Source: Cyanophora paradoxa CCMP329 (taxonomy: Eukaryota > Plantae > Glaucophyta). Taken from it: a DNA stretch of 22,090 nt. The stretch covers positions 1 through 22,090 of the forward strand of contig QPMI01000385.1 of assembly GCA_004431415.1 (NCBI GenBank). The letters are read 5' to 3'. The position numbers and the translations under genes were made by a program. Below, piece by piece: positions 10,600-19,224 of the stretch. The notes below the pieces were generated by a model. The model was not told where the DNA came from. It made no database searches and saw only the letters and a program-made list of their open reading frames with translations. Numbering within the stretch: the first letter of the stretch is position 1; every line of letters starts with the position of its first letter.

Positions 10600-12673
10600 C
10601 TAGGAGTGGTCGGCAGAGCGAAGCCAGGAAAGCCAGTCTGTGAGGAAGGGGACCAGGGAGTCGCGGGGCAAGGAGGCCTTGTAGTCCCCCTCGCCCACGT
10701 ACGTGAGTAGGCTCACGGGAGGCGCGGCCTGGCTGTGCGCTGCAAGCTCCGACGGCCTCTCGATCAAGTAGCCTGTGAAGCTCGTCGTGCCCCGCTGGAA
10801 GCCAGGGCGTATGGGGTGTGGAAAGACGCTTTGGGGCAGGGACCGTGCCACACAGAGGTAGGCCCCGCTCTCGGGGTCCACTCTGCACTGGCAAATCTGC
10901 GGGCGGAAGAACGCTCAGCAAGTAGAACGCAACGCATTGTGCTCTCATGCGGCCCACCTCGACGTAGTCGCAGTTCCCCACAAGCGGGGCGCGGTAGGCG
11001 GAGTACAGGACCTCACCATCCCCCCCGGAGTTCAAGACCCGGAACTCCAAGCACGGCTTCTCCCAGCCTTGCCTCAACTGCAAGACGCTGATCATGAGCT
11101 GATCGAACGATCGCGGTACCGAATATGCAAGAACAGAGCGCACAGAAGGATCTGTCAGCAAGTGGAAGAGCCGCTCGACATCCAGCTTCAGCAGGGCAAT
11201 CAGTTTGACTGCTCCATCACTCTTAACCCAGATAGTTTCCTCCTGTCCCTTGTGTAACACTCTCCAACTGGGATCTTGACTCGTGTCTTCAAGCAAACGC
11301 TCGAAATCGTTCGTATATATGTCCGGCACTGCTGTGGCAGCTTCTGCATTGGTTCCTTGAACGCGTTGGTTTGAAGAGCCTGCACGTGATGGATCTTCTC
11401 CAGGTGCTGCTGATTTACCAAAAGGGTGAAGAACTGTTGCGAATGCGGCAAGAGGGCCAGAAGAGCTTCCGATGTCTCCTGCAGCAAGGTGCATCTGCGT
11501 CACGAGGTTTCAGACAGAGAAGTCCACTGGATAATCGATCCTGCACGCACCCGAGAGCGTGCAAATCGCACGGCTGACGGGAGCACAGAGGACTGGAGGA
11601 ACTGTCCCATGGATGCGAGTAACTGTAAGCCTGTGTCAACTTTCTTCTGAGCCCCGGGGGGGGGGGGGGGGGGGGGGAACAAAGGAGAGAGGGGAGGGGA
11701 GGGGAGGGGAGGGGTGGAGTGGGGGGAGGGGGTGGTGCGCGCGCAGGAGCGCACAGCATTTGACTGGTACATCATCTTGGAAGTCTTGCTATCGGAGGGA
11801 GTGTGAAGCTCCGTTGCTGGCATTGCTCGGGGAGAGGCTGGAGTCAGGTGTACTATGCCACCAACCCCTCGAGCTGCATCAGTGCTCGGGTTCGGCACAG
11901 TCTCTGTCATGAACTCACTGTGCTGCAGGTGTCAGCCACTAGCAGGATTTGAATACCCACTGGAGGGCACACTGAGACGCAATGAGGGAGGCGCTTTCGA
12001 GGGAACCGCAGCTCAAGGTCTCCAATCCCTGCGTGGCGCCCGGCCACGTCATCAGGTGGCTTGCTACAAAGGTGTCAAAAAGGGTGCACCTGGCGAGCTC
12101 GGAGCATGATAAGTCCCGCGTATAGCTGGCAGATGAGCAGCAGGAGCGATCCGAAGATAAGCAGGTCGTCAGTGAGGCCCTGTGCCCGCCGCTCGGACCA
12201 CACTTTTGCGTCGCAGGCGATGGGACACGTACCAGGAAGTAACCGCTCATGAAGCGCAGCTTCAGGACGACGTAGAGGATGCTGCCGCCTGTACCGACCT
12301 GGGGGGGGATGAGAACGTCCAAGGCGGGGGGCGGGGTGGGCGTTCGATCAGCGGACTGTGCGAGGTCGACCGGTCCAGTACGTACACAACCGTGAGCACG
12401 CTGTCTCGGAAGAGCGACAGGACGACCAGGTCGAACAAGGTCCTATCGGGGCTCTTGATCGAAAAGCCATAAAGGATGAGGGCTAGGATAGGGCTCGCGA
12501 AGGTGACGTAGGCGAAAGCCAGCGTTGGCTTCATCATGAAGCGTATGAGCAGAGGACCGAACGGCAAGGAAGGGGCGTGCGCTCACGGGGAGGAGCCCCT
12601 CTAGGTCAACGAAGCGCGCCCCGCCCGTCGCCCGCAGAACGGCGCTGAGGGTCAGGTTTCTTCGCGCGGCCAT
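10600..12673 (-). CDS. Membrane protein with N-terminal hydrophobic (MENTAL-like) segments and C-terminal START lipid-binding domain (STARD3-like architecture); middle exons uncertain
   Basis: Exon 1 12673-12587, intron 12529-12586. Hydrophobic segments LAFAYVTFASPILALILYGF, TLFDLVVLSLFRDSVLTVVY, GSILYVVLKL and LLIFGSLLLLIC. START-like SWRVL..LFHLLTDPS|LRQGWEK..VLYSAYRAPLVGNCDYVE..YLCVARS..PGFQRG..TGYLIE..LTYVGEGD. Stop at 10600. Confidence 0.75.
11656..11732. repeat. Poly-G and (GGGGA)n tract inside an intron of the START gene
   Basis: Run of ~22 G at 11656-11677 followed by GGGGA repeats. Confidence 0.9.
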
Positions 12674-13223
12674 GATAGAGTCCTGTAAAAAATCATCAGC
12701 GGCTCACAGCGCGCGTACAGAAGCACAGAAGGCTGACGTGGAAATCCATGGAAGCGCTCAAGCGCTGTCAGGTGGCTGCGGCGCCTGTCCCGCGCGGCCC
12801 GACGGCCGCCGCAAACCGCACCGCCACCCGAGCCTCTTTTCAAGCTCCTGATCCCCTCGCGCCTCTCTCTCAAGAAGTGCGTGCGGTTGTCGGGCGAACA
12901 CCGGTCGTACGCAACGTCCGTGCTGCCCGTGCCGCTCCTCGAACTCCGCAAGATTTTGCTCCGGCTGCGCGACGCTCGATCACAGAGCTTCGCGACGACC
13001 TCGGGTGCCCTGGCTGTGCGCCGAAAATTCGACTCCCGGTTCGACTCTCGCGGAGGGCACTTGCTCCCCGCTTTCTCCGCGCGAGCCGGCCTGCAGCTGG
13101 CCGCTTTCCCCGCGTTCTCCCGTGGACGTCTCGTATTCTTTCACTTCGATCCTCTCGGGTGCAGTGCGAAAATCCAGACCTTGATAGCCGCCAGCGGGGG
13201 CGCACCCCGCGCGGTCAGAGGAA

Positions 13224-15465
13224 ATGGGAGATGATCGCGGAGGGCAGAAGGTTCTTTATATGCGCTCGGGCGCCGTGCTTAAGCTTGTCTGATCCAGTCG
13301 CAGCGGGGCGGTTCGCTTTTCTCCCGGCTCCTGGGCTCCTTCTCGAACTCCAGCAGGAGTCAGTCTGCAGCCTCAGCATCTTCGGGGGGTATTGTGAGCT
13401 TGGGCTCATCAAGCGTCGTGGCAGCTCGTCAGCCTACGAGCTCCTCTTCCCGCAGACCCGCGGGGCCCGCAGCAGCGGGCCCCTCCTCCGAGGCGCCCGC
13501 GTCTCAGCCTTCCGTGCATGCATCAGCATCACGCGCGGCCCGGCACTCAGAGGCGCCGCGCTCCTCGTCGGCTGCCCCTTCTCCGTCCGCCACGCGCTCC
13601 TCGAGCGTGAGCCGCCCCGCGCCGGGGGCGGCCTCGCCATCGCACACCCGCAGCGCTGCTGCGCCGTCCCCGCAACCGCGGTCGCGGTCAGCAGCAGCAC
13701 AACCGGCGGCGGCTGGGCGCCAGGAGGGGTCGGGGGCAGCACCGGTCTCGGAGCTTCGGCGGCGGCTGCAGGAGGCGGGCCTGGACCCGCAGATGCTCGC
13801 AGCTCTGGCGCTCGTCGAGCAGCCCGACTTCGATCCACGACGACTCACCCGCGACGTGCCCGCCCGCCGGCACCGCCCCGCCCTGCCTGCGCGCGCGCGC
13901 ATGACGGGCAGGGGACGCAGCAACTGCGCCAGCTTCAGGCGCTTCTCCAGTTCGGGGCGGGGGCGGGCCGGGCCCAGGCGACGGCGGGGGCGTCGCGGAC
14001 AGTGACCCTCACGGCGGCGCAGTCACTACGGGCCGTGCCCCGGCGGAGCGCCCCAACGCGCGACCCCGAGCAGGCGGCCGCCGAAGAGGCGGCGCGGCAA
14101 AAGGCAAGGGGGGGGGGCTACGCGCGGGGCTGCCAGGGCGTGGGGTGACGGGGCGGGCGGCAGGAGCTGGAGCGGGCGCGGCGGAAGCTCTCGCTGCTGC
14201 CGGTGTACCGCTTCGGGGCGGCGAACGTGTCGACCTCGGGGGAGGGCAACGAGTGCCCCATCTGCATGCTCGCCTACGAGGAGGGCGACCAGGCCCGCCC
14301 CGCCCCGCCCCGCCCCGCCCCGCTCCGCCCCGCCTGAGGCGGCGCAGGTGCGGACGCTGCCCTGCTTCCACCGCTTCCACGCGGATTGCGTGGGTGTGCC
14401 TCCCTTCCCGCCCCCCCACCCCCACCCCCCCCCCCCCCACCCCCCACCTCCTCCCCCCCGCCCCGCCGTCCCCCGCCCGCCCCCGCGTCCCCCGCGTCCC
14501 CCGCGTCCCCTGCCCACGCGCCCCTCCCAGGCACTTGGCTCGTCGGCGGCTCCGCCGTCAAGAAGACCTGCCCGTGCGCCCGCCCGCCCGCCGGCCCCGG
14601 TCCACCGCTGCCTTTGCTGACCGGCCGCGTGCAGGTGTGCAAGTTCGACCCCTTCGTGCGCCGCCCCGCCCGGCCCGCGCCGCGCCGCCGACTCCGGGCA
14701 GGTGGAGGTCGTCGTGCTCCCCGCCGCCCGCCCTGCCTCCTCCTCCCGCCGCCCCGCCACAACCACCTCCCGCACCCGCCCCGCCATCTCTTCCCGCCGG
14801 CCCCACCGACCCGCCCCGCCCGGGCCCGCCCCGGCGGCCGAGGGCGAGGCCCGGCCCCGGCCCCGGCGGCGAGCGGCAGCGAAGCAGCGGCGGCGGCGGC
14901 GACGGCGCGTGGGCCGGGGCCGGGCCGGGCCGGGCCGCGGGGCCGGGGCGGGGACGACGGCGGGGACCTCATGGGCGCCCTCTTCGGCTTCTTCTCCGAC
15001 GAGGCCGCCCCCGCCCGCCCCGCCGCCCCGCGCCCCGCGCCCCGGCCCTCTTCCCCGTCCCCACCCCTCCCTCCTCCCCGCCCCGCCCCGCCCGCGGCAT
15101 CGGCGGCCTCGCCCGCCGGCGGCCCCTCCGCCCCGCGGGCGCCCGTGGCCCTTCCCCTTCCCGGGCCCAGTACGGCGGCGCCGCGCGCGGTGGCAGGGCC
15201 GGCACCCGGCGAGCGGGCCGCGGGGCGGGGGAGGCGGGGCGGGGCGGCGGGGCTCGGAGGCGACGAACCCTTTCTCAGACGACTTCGACGAGGAGGCGGC
15301 CTCGCGCAGCGCACCCCCGCCCGCCCGCCCCGCACGACCCCTTTCGCCCCGACGCCCCCTGATCCCTCCGCCCCACCCCCGCACCGCATTCAGCAGCGCC
15401 AGTCCTGTTCGCACTGTCGCCTACGATCCGCCCCCGCAACGCGCTGCAGGGCGCCGCCGGCCTGA
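13224..15465 (+). CDS. RING-H2 zinc-finger protein (probable E3 ligase) with low-complexity flanks; 3' end approximate
   Basis: ATG 13224 and intron 13251-13303 join MGDDRGGQK to the 13394 ORF frame. Spliced RING: CPICMLAYEEGDQ|VRTLPCFHRFHADCV|GTWL..KKTCP|VCKFDP (needs +1 C at 14571-14573). Confidence 0.85.
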
Positions 15466-18359
15466 GCCCGCACGACGCCGGCGCGCGGGAGGGTGGGCGC
15501 GGGAGGCCCCGGGCGCTGCGGGGCGGGGCCGGGGGCTGGGATCTCCCTCCATGGCGCTCCACTCGATGTCGGGGCCCAGCCCTCCGACCCCGCTCCCGCT
15601 CCGGCCGCGGCCGGCTGCAGCTCGCGGGCTTCCCCGGCGCGGCGCCGCGCGGGGTCGGCGGCCCGGGCTCGCCGGCCCCCGCGGGCGCGGGCGGCGGCGG
15701 CGAGGAGGCGCGCGGCGGCTGTGCAGGAGGGGCGCAATGAGAGGGGGAGGGCGGGTTGACGGGGCGCGGGTGGGCGGGAGGGGGCACCGGGGCGGGGAGG
15801 TGGCGGGCGAGCTCGGCGAGGGCCGCCTCGTCGATGTCGGTCTCGGGGCGGCCTCGAAGGCGGGGGCGAGCACGCGCGCGTTGAAGCGCGCCAGCCACGG
15901 CTGCGACCGCGCGTACGCCTCCCCAGCAGCCTGCCCGCCGCCATCAGCCCCCGCCGCCCCGCGCGCCCCGGCGGGGGCGGGGCCGGCCTGGCGGGGGTCT
16001 GGATGAGGCGGTCGGCGGCGGCGGAGGCGGCGGCGGCGCCGGCGGAGAGGGGGGCGGGGAGGCGGAAGGGGAGCGGGGGGTCGGAGATGCGGGAGACGAT
16101 GATGGCGCCCCAGTCGCCCTCCATGGCCTTCATGACGGGCAGCGTGGCGCCCCCGAGGGCGAAGATCGTGAAGAGGATGATGGCGAGCGTCGCCGTCTGG
16201 ATCTCCCCGCGCGCCTCCGACCGCAGGTTCAGCGAGAGCGCGTACGCGATGGCGCCCCGCAGCCCCGAGAAGAACATGCTGCCCCGCGTCAGGCCGGCCT
16301 TCGGGGCGGGGCTCCCGGGCCCGCGGGGCGCGGGGCGCGGCACATGAACTGGTCCTTGGGCTCGATCTTCTCGGCCCGGTAGCGGTTCAGCAGCCACGCG
16401 CACGGGAAGACGTTCGCCGCCCGCGAGGCCACGCATAGCAGGATGCCCCAGAGGATGCTGGGGGAGGGGCATGAGGCGGGGCGTGCGGGCGGGGTGGGCG
16501 CCCCCGCACAGGGAGGAGGGCGCGAGGCGCATGGTGGCGAGGGTGAGGCCTGCGGGGCGGGGGCGGGGGCGGGTGAGGGGCGGCGGGGGCGGCGGGGGGC
16601 CGGGGCGGGCCGAGGTAGGCGAAGACGAAGGTCTCGGAGAGGAAGGCGGCGACGCGGAAGGTCGACGAGGCCGCCACCCCTGCCGCCCCCTCGCGCGCCG
16701 CCCCCGGGGCCCGCGGGGCGGGGCGGACGGGAGGAGAGGGAGAGGTTCGGGTGCGCGTAGTGCGCCATCGTCGCCCCCGCCGAGAGGATGCCCAGGATCC
16801 CGCTGCGCCCCGTCAGCCGCCCCGGCGGGGGCCGAGCCCCGCCCCGAGCCCCACGCGCCTCATCCCCACCCCCTCGCAGAAGGCGAACGGCCTGCGCGCG
16901 TCTCTGCTCAGCCGACGGCGCGAAATGGGGCGTGGCCGGCAGAGGCGGTGGGCGCGCCAGTAGCTGGGCGGGGGTCAGGGGGGCGGGGGCGGGGGCGGGG
17001 CGGGCGGGGGGCGGACGCAAAGAGGACGAGGACGGCGAGCTCTGCGGGGCGGTGAGCGGGGCCGGCGGGCGAGGGCGGCGGGGGCGGGGCGCACCGAGGG
17101 AGGGGTAGCGGCGGAGGGAGGAGTGCTTGAAGAGGGCGGAGGCGGCGAGGGCGGTGGCGACCCCCACGGCGGTCGAGCCGAGGAACGACCACAGGAACTC
17201 CCCCAGCGGCCGCAGCGGCGAGACCCCTGCGCCTCGCTCGCCTCGCGGGGCGGGGCGGGACAGGGCGGGGCGGGGCGGGGCGGGGCGGGGCGGGCCCTCG
17301 GGGCGGGTGGCGAGGTCGCCGAACAGGTGAAAGAGGGCGATCGCTGCGCCGCCTCAGCGCGGCGGAGGCGGGGCGGGGCGGGGCGGGGCGGGCGGGCGGG
17401 CCGACGGCGTCGTTAAGGACGGCCTCGCCAAGGACCAGCGTGTAGAGCACCTCGTTCACCTGCCCCGGGGTTAGCCCAGCGGCCGCCGGCGCGGGGCGGG
17501 GCGGGGCGGGGGCGCCTTAAGATGCTGGAAGATGGCGAGGGTGGCGACGGGGTCGACGGCGGCGAGGAGCGCCCCGAAGGCCATCGCGTCGAGGAAGCGC
17601 AGCCGGAAGCTCACGCGCGCCAGCCCCAGCAGCCACAGCGGGATCCCTGCGCCCCGTCACCCCCGCCCCGGCCCCCGGCGCGGGGCGGGGCGGGGCGGGC
17701 CGAAGGAGAAGCAGGTGAGGCAGGTGCCCGGGATGGCGAACATGAGGATGGAGCCGGCCTGCCGCACGAACCGCCCCTGCCCGCCCCGCGTCAGCCCGCG
17801 CGCGCCGGGGCGGCCGGGGCCGGGGCGGCGCCTTAGAAAGGGAGAATCCTGCATGCAGAATGATGAAGGGTATGCAGAGCAGGAAGAAGGTCTGCGCCGC
17901 CTCAGCGCACAAGCGACGCGGGCCCCGCGGCGGCGGGGAGCGGCGGGGGGCGCCTACATCCGGGTTGGGGAGGACGGCCGAGACGGAGGCCTCCGCATCA
18001 TGGCCGGCGAGGCGCGCCGTAATCCCCGCCTGCGACCGCGCCCGTCGGCGGCCGGCGCGCCGGGGCCGGGGCGAGGCCGGCGCACGGCGAAGCCGAAGAG
18101 GATGGAGCCGATGGAGTCGGGGAGGGAGCGGAGGCGGGAGCGGAGCATCGCGTAGACGAGCAGCACGCAGCAGAGGAGCACGAAGGTCGCGATCGCCAGG
18201 CCCAGGCCCTGCCCCGCCTGAGGCGCCGCCGGCCGCCGCGGTCGCGCAGGGGCACCAGCCGCGCACCTTCACGCTGTCGTCACCAAGGGCCTCCGACTCC
18301 CCCGCGCCCGCTGGCGGCCCCGCATCGGCCCCGCCGCCCGTTTCCAGCTCCGAGCTCAT
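15421..18359 (-). CDS. Na+/H+ exchanger, CPA1 family (NHE8/intracellular NHX-like), ~18 introns; C-terminal tail and stop approximate
   Basis: Spliced: LPDSIGSILFG, TFFLLCIPFIILHAGFSLSK|GRFVRQAGSILMFAIPGT, FGALLAAVDPVATLAIF, LYTLVLGEAVLNDAVAIAL, FAYWPFAFCEGVGMSGILGIL, FLSETFVFAYLG, RAANVFP, FSGLRGAIAYAL, TATLAIILFTIFALGGATLP. Confidence 0.93.
16958..16963 (-). other. 6-nt microexon (CTACTG) of the Na+/H+ exchanger
   Basis: Flanked by introns 16964-17016 (GT..CTGAC..CAG) and 16892-16957 (GC..CTGAG..CAG); restores F-A-Y-W-P, matching the family FAY(L)P pattern. Confidence 0.8.
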
Positions 18360-18751
18360 GCGCCTTCGCTCCGCTGCACGTTCGCGTTCACAGGGAGAAG
18401 TGGCGCTCCGGCGCGTGGGCGGCCGCGGTCACTGCCCGCCAGTCTCCGCCAACGGCACTGCGCGCGCGGGAATGTCGTTGCAAGTCTACGCGCCGCTGCG
18501 CCGCTGCACGCACGGGGGGCAGCTGTGCGGCCTACGGTCAAGCGGCTTGGGTCTCGGCTTCAAAGACGCGACTCTCCGTGCGACGTACGTATTGTACACG
18601 TGGCGTACAACGCCTGCTGTGCCTGGCCCGCGTACGTATACGGGCGCCTCTCGAAGTTTCACCCGAGCGAACTGCAGTATTCGCATACCCCCTCCGAAGT
18701 GGGGCGGCACTGCAGCTAGCGCTGGATCAATTTTGCAATCTAATTGCAGCA

Positions 18752-18811
18752 AATTGCAGCAAAAGCAAACATCGGCATATGCAAATGTCTAGATCTGCTT
18801 TTGCTGCAATT
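18752..18811. repeat. 16-bp perfect inverted repeat in an AT-rich patch (possible MITE remnant)
   Basis: AATTGCAGCAAAAGCA (18752-18767) and TGCTTTTGCTGCAATT (18796-18811), 28-bp spacer. Confidence 0.85.
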
Positions 18812-19224
18812 AAGTCTATAGGGCTTTAATTTTGCTCCCTTCGAGCCGCTGAGCTTCGCTGCAACTTAATTGCACTGCACTGCGGCACTACTACTCAGTG
18901 TGACTAGGCTAGTACTGCGCATGCGGCAGTTGAAATCAATCGCAAGCTGTTACGCACTGTGCATGCGCGCGGCATACATGAATATATAGCGACCGTTGGA
19001 CGTGCAATGCAAGCCCTATATATATAGCTAGATCTCCCTATATAGCTAGCTAGCTATAGATCTCGATCATCAGATCATCGGATTGAAAAGGATGGCGCAT
19101 ATGCATGCACAGCGGGGTCCGAGGCTCGTGATCATGATAATGACTGGAATGAGGAAAACTGATCATGAATTGGGCAACTGCAAAGTGCGAATTTCCTGAG
19201 AGCTAGCGGGTGGCCATGGGGCCC

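Noticed and set aside
12748-14148. 466-aa ORF as start of the RING gene (would give a 74-bp divergent promoter)
   Set aside because: A cleaner model starts at ATG 13224 with a canonical 53-nt intron. Most of this ORF is off-frame or UTR, though a uORF or 5' UTR intron is not excluded.
14293-17831. GC-AG introns as an introner (transposon-derived) family
   Set aside because: Similarity among them is limited to low-complexity CCCCG repeats; no shared unique sequence, TIRs or TSDs seen.
14009-18792. Numerous overlapping ORFs on both strands over the RING and exchanger genes
   Set aside because: Explained by GC-rich exons and introns read through in the wrong frame or strand.
19125-19170. Possible C/D-box snoRNA (ATGATAA...CTGA)
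   Set aside because: Too short, imperfect C box, and embedded in GATC/CATG low-complexity sequence.
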